Of a DNA stretch of 64,000 nt, positions 24,301 through 36,209 are shown in pieces (positions within the stretch are counted from its first letter, which is position 1; the number at the start of each line of letters is the position of its first letter). The translations under genes were made by a program, and so were the position numbers. Under the pieces are notes generated by a model, which saw only the letters and a list, made by a program, of their open reading frames with translations, did no database searches and had not been told where the DNA came from. This DNA comes from Monocercomonoides exilis PA203 (Eukaryota > Protista > Preaxostyla), in NCBI GenBank assembly GCA_001643675.2, contig LSRY02000025.1, positions 558,001 to 622,000 of the forward strand, written 5' to 3'.

Positions 24301-27103
24301 CGCTTTTCTGCAGCCTTTCCAAGAAATCGTAGTCCTTGTTGCACACATACTCCAGCGTTGAATTGCTAAACTCAACAACAAGCTTGGAAAAGTCCATATC
24401 TTGAACATCATCCACGTTGTGCCCCTTCTTCTTGTTCAGCGCCTTCAGCATGCGAAACACCTCTTTCTCTCTTTCCTCCTTCGGCAGCCGCTTCACCAGT
24501 TTCACATTCAACACGCCATCGTCGTCTCTAAGCGCTGCATTGCCCGTCCGCACAAGCTCCGCCACATCTTCCCACCGCATCTCTTCAGCCCAGGACAAAT
24601 CCAGCGGCAGTAGCGCCTCTTTTCCCGAGTGCTGAAGCAGAGACGAGATCTGCCTGACGCTGAGGAAACGCACTGAGTGTCTAAAGCTGTGTATGCTCTT
24701 TCCCTTTCCGTTGCGCCGTATCATTCCTTCATCGATGCTCGCCTTCCGAATGGAACTGAACGACTCATCTGAGCCAAACGGATAGGTGAATGAGTAATGA
24801 ACTTCTTTCTCTGTTTGCTCTGTTTGCTTTGCTTTTGCAGAATTCTTCGATTCGTCGAATATGCACTTCTGGATCACAATATCAGCTGCTTCACAAGGAA
24901 AAGCCTCAGTCACTTTGCAAAGCAACGCTTCAGTGGTCTTTGAGAAGAGAAGGAGCAGGCAGAACAGATAGAGCAGCTTGTCTCTCCCCTTTTCAGTTTT
25001 CATCAGCTCTGAGTCTTTCACAATGAACGAATACGAAAGAATCGCAGAATTCGCAAATCGGTCGAGCAAAACCTGCAGAGAAGAGCTGGATTCGCTTTCA
25101 AGATCAATCAATTTGGTATTCAAAGATGAGGAAGAAGAAGAAGAAGAAGAAGAAGATGATGATGATGGCAAGTCAACTCTCTTCTCATCACATCCGTTCA
25201 TCCTCAAAAACGCATCCTTCAGTTCATTTCCCCACTCCACAAATATCTCCAGCACAGCTTCCGGGTTGTACCGCGCCAGCGTCTTCCACTCTTTGCTCTT
25301 CACGGTCTTCACAAGCAGACCCGCTTTCTGCTTCAGCACATTCCCCGAGCAGCGAGACAGGACATTCAAATGCCTTCCAATTTCGCAGTCCTTCAGAGAC
25401 AAGATGAAGCTGTCCAGCGAGCTGGCCACGCTGTTTGCTGATGAGTGAGGGCATTTTGTGCTCTTTTCTATGTCTTCTTTGGCTTTATTCTCTTGTTCTT
25501 GCTTTTCTTTCTCTTTTTCTTCTTCCTCTGTTGCCTTCTTGCCAGACTTCCGAATAAGTCTCAGTTTCTTCGCCAAATACTTCCGCTCTTTCCCTTTGGC
25601 ATCTCTGAGCATTTGCTCAATCTCCTTTTCAGCCTCATTGCTTGCTTCTCCTTCTTTTCCTTCTCCACTCTCTATTTTCCTGAGCCTCTTCTCAACCAGT
25701 CTGATCAGAAGCGCCTCGCCCCGCACGCGGATGTTGTGTGACTCGGTCTTCTGCAGCAGCCGTCTCACTTTTGCCTCGTCTTGGCTGCCTTCATACGCCG
25801 ACAGCATAAGCGACTCAGAGTAAAACCCACTTTTCGCTTCCAATTCGCTCAGAAGCGCGCTGACCTGCTCTTTTGTGGCTTGGAAATTAACTGAAACTGC
25901 TGGCTGCCTCTGCCCTTTGGCTCCTCCGGTTAACTGTGCACCACTCGAAGAAGAAGAAGAAGAGCTAGCAGATGCTGATACTGACTCCAATGGTGACACA
26001 ATGCTCCCCAATCCAGCGGAGAACCTTCCAATTTCCACCATCGCCTTCACCCGCGCAATGTGCGGAAGCGTTTCCAGCTGTTCTTCGAGTGCATCTGCAG
26101 TTGTCTTTGGAGTGATAACCACAACTCCAGTTCTTCTCTCAATGGCAGACGCTGCAAACGGGTTCTTCGGCTGCAACGGCACAGAAGAGGAGTCGGTTTC
26201 GCTGCCTGGGAATAGAGAGAGTATTTGTTTAACAACACTTTTGGGGTCTGTGATTCCGAAGTTCTCAGAATCGTCAGCATTGCTTGAGCCCGAAGCACTT
26301 TCTGCTTCAGCATGCATATTTCCCTCATTTGCCTCTGAATCGTCTTCACTTCCCTCACTGTCTTCATCGTTGCTGTCATCATCATTATTACTGTCTCCTT
26401 TTTGCTCAATTTCTTTTGAATCGAAATTCTCTTTCAAAATTGATTTTAAGAAAGGCACATAAGCTTGAATATTTGAAAGCTCTTCCGTTTCCAAAGAAAT
26501 TTCCTTGATAATTGCAAGTAACAATAATTTCATTTTTTGCGAGCTTGTTGCATCATTTACAAGCGGTGTGATTACTGATGGAATAAAGCCTTCTCGAAGC
26601 AGAGCTTTCCTTGAAAGAGAAGATTTGAGGAAATAAAGAGAACCCTTTAGCAAAGGCATAAGTTCGTTTTCCATAGATTTTTGCTTCTATAATGAAAAAA
26701 AAAAATAATTCAAAAATGATTTTGAATACAAGTCAATGAACATTATAAATCAAAGTCAAACTTGAAGTATTTGAACATATTGTCTAACGAAATTGAGTTT
26801 CATATCTTCGGCAGTCATGCTTTTTATATTGGACATAAAGCATTGAACAAAAAATATGCATTTTCTCTAAAAAATTATTTTGTCAGTTTTAAACATGGAA
26901 ATAAGTTAAAAAAGACAAACTGTTAAATTTCTTGAAACTGGATGAGCGATTGCATTGAATACAAATTCAAATAAACCATCTCTATCCTTCTCTTCCAAGT
27001 TAAATTTTCCTTCAGAGATTAAGTTCGAAGCTTGTTCAAGAACAGAAACCGATTCATCAGCATCAAAAATTGACAATTTATTCAATTTTTGTTGAAGATC
27101 CAT
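21314..27103 (-). CDS. ~1886-aa uncharacterised helical (HEAT-like) protein with acidic tail
   Basis: Exons 27103-26921, 26866-26762 and 26686-21314 join in frame via GTTTG..AG introns. The last exon holds the 1786-aa ORF. Confidence 0.85.
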
Positions 27104-27725
27104 AATGCTTGGTGAAGGGAAAGTTAACTATTAATTTGTATTTGTTAAAAAAAATTTAACAAACCATTAGCCTTTATTTAAAAAATGAACAAATATCACA
27201 ATTATTAAAATTATGGTTACATCAAAGTTTCGAAATAAAAAGTTAACAATTCCTTCAAAACTATGATAGAAAAAAACATTTTCCTTTCACATTTAATCCT
27301 ACAATTTTTACAATCATCAGAGGATTAATTTGTCTCGCAAAAGTGGAAAATTGGGAAATTTGTTGAAAATGAAGTTACAAATCTTTTCATAAAAACTGAA
27401 ATAGTTGGAAAAAAGATAAAGAAAAAGCAAAATTCATCAACGCTCAGTACCATTTTGCTTATCAGAAAGAATAATTGATGTTGTTTAAAATGAAATTGTT
27501 TTTCAAAAAATATTGTCATTTCAACACAAAAAGAATTTCTTGTTAAAGCAATAATAATGTTAATAAAAAACTTATTCAAAGAGATTACAAAAGCGTGAAT
27601 ACAATGGCACTGTTTTTGAAAAAAAATTGCAAATAAGAAAAAATAATCTTTAAAATTTATGTAAAGATAAAGAAGTAACAAACAATTTCATTTTCTAAAT
27701 AATTCATCCAATCTTTTGAAAACTC

Positions 27726-28598
27726 TCATTCAACTTTTTTATCATCATCTTTGACATCTGAAAGTTGCTGTTCTTTCAGAATAACTTTTCGTGAAGTTGT
27801 TAGTGTTGATTTCGGCTTTGATTTTGTTGGCTTTGCTTGAAATAGTTCTTCAATTTTTTCTTCTTCTTTTCCTGGAGTAGCTGAAGAAGAGGAAGAAGTT
27901 ATTGATTCATGAGCAACTTCAATTGAGGGACGTGTGTTCGAATTTTTAATTTCTGGTCTTTGTATTAATAGTTCTTCTTTTGGTGGATTTATTGGGATGA
28001 TTGATGAAATGATTGATGAGCAAACAGGACACGATGCTTCTTTTGGAAGAGAATATGCGTGACTATGATATTTATCCAAAGACGTTTTTTCAAGTATAAA
28101 AGTGCATATCGCAATATCGCTTATAACATGCCCGCATGGAGAGAAATATGAAAATCGTTGTTTTCCATTAACTTCAATTTCATTTTTTAATGGACAAATC
28201 CATGGACCACTCTCCCCGTGTGAAGGGATAGTAATTACTGTTTTTGTATATGATTTGTTTGGGGTAAAATGAAGTTCAATCAAATCTTTCAATGGATTTT
28301 TAATATATGGGAATAATCTCTTCACTTCCTTCTTCCTTGCGATCCATTCCTGAATAAAATGCTCTTTACTAAAAAGGTTTCCAAATGAATCAGCTACAAT
28401 GGGCTCTGAAAGAGGAGACTGCGTTAAAGCACAAGAAAAAAAATGTTCGCCGTATTGAGTATAATATTCAAGTGGTTTTTCTTCCTTCTTGGTTTTTGCA
28501 AGCTCCGTTCTGTGAACGAAACTTCCACCGTCTCCTCCTAAAATCCATCAAATATTTAATAAGATATAAAAATAATTGTTATTTTTTATCAAACCCAT
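27726..28598 (-). CDS. RTF2: Replication termination factor 2 (RING-like)
   Basis: A 4-nt first exon ATGG and intron 28538-28594 give MGGDGGSFVHRTELAK. This is followed by CALTQSPLSEPIVADSFGNLFSKE, LKDLIELH, ICPLKNEIEVNG, CGHVIS and CPVC..IIPINP, the Rtf2 motif series. Confidence 0.9.
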
Positions 28599-28743
28599 TT
28601 AAAAATTAAAGGGAAATTATTCACAAAACTTTTTCAAATTGTAATGTTTTTGTCTCAATCTGAACAATTTATTTTTATTATCGTTCAATTCTCATTTCAG
28701 AATTGTATTTGAAAACTTATTATAAGAAAGATCACAAAAGAAA

Positions 28744-31700
28744 ATGGAGGATAGCAAAAGTTCGAGCAATCCACCAAGTGCCACAAGTTCTTCATCAACT
28801 TCTCAAAAATTGGATTCAAATTCTCAATCTTCTTCATCATCTTCTTCAATTGAACAAGAAAGTTCATCATCTTCCAACTTACCTTCTTCTTCTGCATCTT
28901 CTCAACAAGATGACACTATTAATGAAGAAGAGCCTAACCAAAACGATCAATCCGAACAAGCAATTGTGGATACACTCCGTTTTAAATTTATAATTAGAAA
29001 TATTTCTGTGACAAATGTTAAAGCATTCGATTCATTCACAAGTGACATTTTTTTCACGTTTACTCTTGGGGGGAATTATAAAATCGTAGATAATCGTCAC
29101 AAGTTTAAACTTTCTATCATTTAAATTTAAATTATTTTCTTTCTTTTACAAATGTGAATAAAAAAATCCAGGGGAGGAAAAGTTGAAGCAGTAGGAAAAA
29201 AAGGACCAATATTTAGAACTTCCACATACAAAAAAGTTAAATCAGAAGATACAGGTACTCTTAAACTTGTATTTGCGTTCGAGTTTATTATCAAAATGAA
29301 ATTTAACAATGTGTTTTTTGTTTCAGTGAAAATGAGAGATTTTTGGATGGCTTACTGGATTGGAACAATTGAAGAACTTAGAGAGCAAGAGCTAAAAATT
29401 GATGTTTGCGAAGTTGATTTTTATGTGTTTAATATTTCAATATCTAACTTCATATTTATTTTTTCTTTTTTTTTCTACAATCCAAAAGTGCTGGAATTCT
29501 AACTTTTGCTACAAAAACGATTATATGGGCTCATTCAAAATTAAATTGTGGGAACTGGCAAATGGCCCTATATCGTACGACAAGAAAGAAATAGAGCTTC
29601 ACAAGCCTGGAAAGCACGAAACAACCGCAAAGATTTCGTTTGATGCGTATTTCCAGGAGCTTCACGTGTTTTCAGTGTATCTTCACGACTTCCACGCAGA
29701 GGGATTTAAGCTGCCAGCTGGGGAAACAACGGTTGATCCGTATGTTGTGGTCAAGCTCATGAGCGGGGGCACAGTGAAGATGAAGTCCATCAAGAAGACG
29801 CAGTCCAAGCCCGAGAAAAAGACGGTGAAACCAGACTGGGATGATGTGGGGAACCTGACATTCCCTGGCATCCGGAGCGAGTTCGAGAACGAGGACATGC
29901 AGATCGAGGTGTATGCGAAAGGGGCAATCCTCGACACGCTGCTGGGGGCGACGATGGTGCCCATGCGGGGGCTGGCGGAGCTGGGCTTCTTCGACACGCA
30001 GATGGAGCTGAGGGACACCGCCCAGGGCTCCATCAGCGGCTACGTGGACGTGCTGACGCTGCCGCAGCTGCACCAGTCAGAGGAGAAAGTGGAGCTGAAG
30101 CCGTACTACCGCTACCTCTGCATTGACGTCAAAAGCTGCACCGACCTCATCGCGGTTGGCGAGACGGGATATTCGAGCGCGTATGTCGTGGCGGAGTGGG
30201 ATGGGGCTAAGCAGCAGACGAAAGTGGTGAAGGAGGACCTGAATCCAGTCTTTGACCAGACGCTGTTTATCCCCATGATGAAGACAACGACGGTCAGCAA
30301 GACTGCCATCCAGGCAAAAGGAAATATCAAACTGTCTGTGTTTGACTGCGGGAACAAAGGGAACGACTTCCTGGGCGGGGCAGAGGTTCCGCTGTGTAAC
30401 ATCACAGATGGCGGAGTGGAGCCAGATCCGCAGGACAACACACAAAAGACACGCACTTTCTTCAACAGCGGCGGACTGTTCTTGACACAAGGCGGGCAGA
30501 AGACAGAGAAGGGGAGCAAGATCATTGTGCGGTGCTACTTCCACCCAGACATGCCGTCGAAGCTCAAACTCGACCCACCCCCCGCGAAGGAGGAGCTGAA
30601 GATACCAGATGCCCTCCTCGACTGCATCGCTGAGTGGCACAAGACGATCCCTCCTCACCTCGCGCTGAACTCGAACTACGAAGTGGTGGCCACGAACGAA
30701 GACAGCGAGTCGCATTTCCTGAGCTGCTTCCTCACCGACCGCATTCCCATCCCGAAGCCTCTCAGACACCCGCGGCTGCTGATGCGGATGGTGCACTCGA
30801 TGACGTTTGCAGAAGACGCTGACTCGTTCCGCGGCTTCGGAATGCAGGACATGCGTGTGTTTATGTCCCCAAAATTCATGCTGCAGATCCGCAAGGGCGA
30901 CGACCAGGAGCATTCGATCCTGCTGTGCTCGCTTTTCCTGTCGATGGGCATAGACGCCTATTTGTGCCTGGGCTCTGCAAAGAACGGGAACCCGCACGTG
31001 TGGGTGATGACGCGAGAGTTTGACGGGACGGTGTTGTTTTGGGAGACGACGTCGGGGGTGGCGATTCCGTGTGTGCTGAGGTGGCAAGGGAGCGATGACT
31101 GCCCGCCGGATTATGTTCTGTACAGGAATGAGCTGCTGGGAATCAAAGCGAAGTCGCATCCAGTGATTGAGGAATGGAGGCAGTGGAAGGAGGAGCAGAA
31201 GAAGCTGTTCAGCAGGAAGAAGAACAAGAAGCCGCTGCGGCAGGTGGTGGCGAATCCGAGCGATCCGAACAGCCTGACGGAGATGGTGGTGATGGGAGAA
31301 GACGGGAAAGAAGGGAAAGAAGGAGGGGAAGGAGATGAGGAGGAGGAAGAAGAAGGATCTGCAATTGACACAACAGAATTGGAGGAAAAAAGGAAGGAGC
31401 TTCAGAGGAAAACGAAGCGTGCGAGAGAAATAGAAGAGCAGAAGGAGAAAGCGAATGAAAAATCACCAAAAAAACTAGAACAAAAGGGAGACAAGCAGAA
31501 TTCAGATGATTTTGAAGTGGTTGATGAAGCTGATGTGCCTGAAGAATCATCTGCTTCAGCTTCTTCCAGCAGTGCACGTCGTAACATCCGCCACGAATCA
31601 CACATTTCTGTGGGATCGCCAAGTGTTCTGACTGTTGATGCTTCTCCATCTTCCTCTTCTTCCTCTTCTTCCTCTTCTTCCTCTTCTTCCTCTTCTTCCT

Positions 31701-33139
31701 CTTCTTCCTCTTCTTCCTCTTCTTCCTCTTCTTCCTCTTCTACCTCTTCTTCTTCAGGAAGCTCGCACAGTACACTGCCGAAGTCCAAGCTGAGCAAGTC
31801 GAGCGATTTGGACTTCACCGACGACGATGCAGTTGTGGTGGACATAAACGAGCAGTCGCAGCTGGATGTGATGGCAGGCGTCCCCAGCGAGCAGATGAAG
31901 TATGCATCGATGATGATGATGAATACACCTTCTGGAGATAATAACAGTAATAGTTATAACAGTGGCAATGATATGATGGAGAGCTCGGCACATTCACAGA
32001 GCGCCATGTCACCTGGCTCAAAGAATGGCCATCCACCTCCACCTCCCCCGCCTCCCCCTCAGATGAAGGCTTCTTCTTCTCAGGCTTCTATTTCTTCTGC
32101 TTCTTCGCCTTCAATCACCTTTGGAGAAACACACCACGTATCATCCTCTGGAGCTCCTCCTCCACCGCCTCCTCCTCAGCCTACTGTTGAATTCAACCCA
32201 TTCGCTGCAGCTGTTGTTTCTGTGTCCAGCCCAGGCGATGTCTACCACGACGGCCGCTCTGCTTCTATTTCAGCAACAGCATCAGCAGCGTTACAGCAAA
32301 ATGGGTCTTCATCTGCTTCTGCTTCTTCTTCTGTTGGCTCTGATGGCGCTGAAGACGACGGGACAGTTGTGCTTGCAGTGGAGGCGCCAGTGTGGGAGTG
32401 CCATCTGCCTCCAGTGTATCTGCCGTATCTGACTGTGGATGTGGTCTGCAACAACAAGAACGTGTGGGGCAATGCGCAGCATCTGGACCCCGCACTGATT
32501 GAATACGACATGGAGAACGAGGAGCACTGGAAGCCTGTGCTGACGAAGGAGACGAAGGAGATTCCGAACTACCCGATCCGCCCGTTCTTTGACACTGGGA
32601 CGGAGAAGATTCGGCTGCCTACGCCTGTCTCGACCGCAAAGGTGGAGCAGCTGGAGAGGCAGATCTACGACGAGCTGAAAGTCGGCTTTTTGAACTGGCG
32701 GCACACGCGCTTCATGAAGAGCGGGTGGCTGACTGATCTGGATGCGACGCTGCGGGCGGGGCTGGTGACGCTGGAGTACGAGGAGCTGACGGGTATTCCG
32801 AATCCGCGAGGGATCGAGGCGTGGAAAGGGGATGTGTCGCGCCTTGTGCCGCCTGGCTGTTCATTCAGGGGAATGCCGTTCAATTTTTGCTATACCGATG
32901 CGAGGAAGATCCGGCACTACATCATCGACAACTTCGATTTCCACAAACACCCTTCGGAAAATGCGAAGTTTGCCTTTGCGGCGTTTGTGTGTGCACACTA
33001 CAGCAGCGTCTGCTCTGTGTGGGTGTATGTGGCACAGATCACACCCAGCCACGAGGACAACACACAGACGGAGAGAAAAGGGATGAGCGGAGGGCCGGCG
33101 ATGGCTGGAGGAATACCCGCGGTGCAGAGGAAGTGGTAG
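28744..33139 (+). CDS. Multi-C2-domain protein with an inactive transglutaminase-like domain (CC2D2A/MKS6-CEP76 superfamily)
   Basis: C2 motifs (DPYVVVKL..KKTVKPDW; SAYVVAEW..VKEDLNPVFDQ; VFD..NDFLG). TGL motifs GDDQEHSILLCSLF..AYLCLG..HVWVMTR..FWETTSG and NKNVWGNAQ. C-terminal GMPFNF..AKFAFAAFV..VCSVWVYVA. Several short 5' introns at 29085-29490 were not precisely resolved. Confidence 0.85.
31648..31755 (+). repeat. (TCTTCCTCT)n tandem repeat encoding poly-Ser
   Basis: Direct inspection; in frame within the C2/TGL gene. Confidence 0.9.
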
Positions 33140-34169
33140 TCGGGATGAAGATACATGTGTTGAGTATTATTTTACTTTTCTTTTCTTTGCTTTGCTTAAT
33201 TTTAATTTTAATTTTTTATTTTTCTTTTTTTATTTTTTTATAATTTTATTTAATTTGATTGCACAGTATTAATTTTGTTTGTGTGTCTTTTTTTTTAAAA
33301 AAAAATAAAGTTGAATGCTGTTTTGTATGTAATATTTTCTTTTCTTTTCTTTCTTTTTCTTTTCTTCTTCTTTTTCTACATTAACTTCTGTTGCTGCTTC
33401 AAACTCGGCTTCTCCTCATTTTTACTTCCACAAACCTTTTTATTCGAATGTTAATTACGTGCGTATTTGTTTGTGTTGCGTTCTTCTCATCCTCTTCTGA
33501 ACACTCTTCAACCTGTATTTATGATGTTTAGTTAATAAAACATAAGCTTATCTGCTTTTTATCCAGCTAAAAGAAGCACGGATATTCATAAATTACTAAA
33601 TAAGAATTATGTTATAAATTAAATAAAAGTTATTCAGAAAGGAATTGTTATAAATTCTGTTAATTTTTTTGATTTTCCAAAGATGACTTGATTTTTGTTT
33701 GTTTATGCACATCAAAGAAACATTTATTTTTGTAATAACAGTTTTTTATGAACTTTCTGAAATTTTTGTTCAAAGATGTTTCATTTTTAATTGAGAAATG
33801 AAAAGAAAAGATGTTGAACGTAAAATGACTCTTATTTTCACATAAAAAAAATCAATTTTATTTTTCAGAGCTTGTTATCAATTTTTTAAGATGACCCTTA
33901 AATAAAAACGATTAATACAAAGGAAACAAAATTCTCACAAAAATACATATCTATCAAGTATTGATGAGCGTTATTGCTCAATTGCTTTGTGCACGTGCAA
34001 ATTGTGGATTTCTTCAGTGATTTGCAAAATGTTTCATTTATTCAAAATTCGGTTTTCTCTGTGGAAATTTCACAAGAAACCAAAGAAATGCGCTTGAAAG
34101 AAAGAAGTGCACATCCAACAATTTTGAGTTATTTCTTTAATTTTTGACTTCTGCTAACCGAAAGGACAG

Positions 34170-34800
34170 TGGCAGATATCTTTTTGAAGCCATTTTTGGC
34201 TTGTTGCTCAAGAAAATTCACAGTTCATATTTATTTTCGTCCCTGTTTGCGGTAATACGAAAATTTGCTCTTGGTAACATTCAGTGAGAAACGGTGTTAT
34301 TGGATGTGAAATGATTTTTTCAAGTCGTTTTGCATAATTTGGCAATTTGAGATGACTTCTTGTCAAAATGTCCGTCTTTGGTGCGCAATGACCACGTGCA
34401 AAGCTGTGAGGCTTTGATAGCATTGACTCTTATCAGCCTGGATACACGTACACATTCCTATAAAATCATTATTCCGAAATCTGGCTGTTTGCCTCTACTT
34501 GCATGAATGACTCCTTTGCATGGCAGATACTCTCCATAGGGCCATAGAGACCAAGAAAAGCAACTTGAAACAAACAGACTGTTTGAGATCGAATTTGAAA
34601 TTTGAGAGGATATTCTTTGGGTTTTGTTGATTGGCTCAAGACAAAATCCCTTTTCGGTTCTGAGAAAAAAAAAAGAGAGATTCACGAAAGATTGGTCAAG
34701 GAAGTTGATTTGTGCTTCTGCACCATTTTTGCATTCCGCCAGAGATCGCAAAACAGTATTTTGTGGGGATAAATGCATGTGCTCATTCTGAAGAAATATT
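34170..34800 (+). pseudogene. Possible decayed helical-repeat gene
   Basis: One frame reads FEAIFGLLLK..VIRKFALGNIQ*..VQSCEALIALT..SGCLPLLA* with several in-frame stops. Confidence 0.3.
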
Positions 34801-36209
34801 AAAGAGAATTAATTCAAGGTTTGTCGATTGATTGTATTCGAAATGTGAATTTTATGAGTATTTTTTCTTCTTTAATTACAGATCAACAGTCACCGATTTC
34901 AATTGCTCAAAAATATCGACAATTTACCTCAAGGTTTATAAAAGGCAAAATATTCGATGGAAGCAACAATGCTCGAATGTTTGTATCTTCAACGTGGGAA
35001 ATGATATTCATTCTTCTTTATTTCACATAATGATTGGTGTGCAAAGAAGCTTTTTCGATAAAATAATTTCTTTGCTTATTCTTGACTGATGAATTATCGG
35101 TTTGCTGTTTTTTGTGTTGATTCAGTTTTTCGATTCTAATTTTATCCTTTGTTTGTTTTGTAATTCGTCTCATATTTGGTGAGAATCTTTCTTTGTGATC
35201 TTGCGATTTTCGATGGATTGAACAGGTGAATGATTCTCTTGCTTCCAAAAAAGGCATCAATCAAGAAAAGTCGAAATGAGATGGGAAAATTAATTCAAGA
35301 AAAGAACAATGATTTTAACAGCAAAGCATCTCGAATCAAGCAAAAACGCTAAATTAGGGTTAATGTTTGATAATTTGAATATCTTCACATCTTCACTTAT
35401 TAATTTTCTTTTTTATTTTTTCTGGTAATTTTTTTTTTATTCTTTTTTGTTTATTCTTTCATAAAACTGATATTCAGGCTCCAAAACAACATCTCATGTT
35501 TCACAAAGGCAGACGAAGAAATGAAATAGGAAGAACAACTTTTTATGTTTCTATCAATGGGGAAATGAAAAATCATCCAATTACTGCAATTTCATATGAA
35601 GGAAATGGAAAGCGATCACAGAAGTGGGGAAATTATCAATATTTTAAAAGATACCGCCAGTTGAAAAGAAGATGAAAAATCAAATCAATGGATGCTATTG
35701 TCTCATACTTGCTGCCCTTTTTCAATGAAAGAAATTCAAATTGCCAGGTTGGCTAGATCCGCGAAATGTGGAAATTATATGTTGAAAGGGAGCTTTCATC
35801 AAAAAAAAAAAAAAATATCCAGAATTTTCAAATGCGATTCAAGGACTTTAAAGTTACTGCAATAATCTTCAATTGCACACTATTTTTGAGAAAGCATTTC
35901 GTTCAAGAATTATTTCCAAATTGAAGCTTCAAAGAGTGACAAAAAAAGGATGAAAAATGGAAAGCCTGCTGATATATTAACGAGCGGTTAATTCTGAAAT
36001 GAAGACCCAAATTCACACAAACTCAATGTCCACACACAAAAATAAAAATGGATTGAAGAGGAATTTCTGCTTCCTTTTCAATCTGGATTGCTCTGAACAC
36101 TTGGCAAGACATTCAGCCATTTTCCGAAAGCAGATGGTTTGCTGGATTATTTTTTTTTAAAAAAGTCATTAACTTCTTCAACTTTGATGTTGATTATTTC
36201 TCTGCTCAT

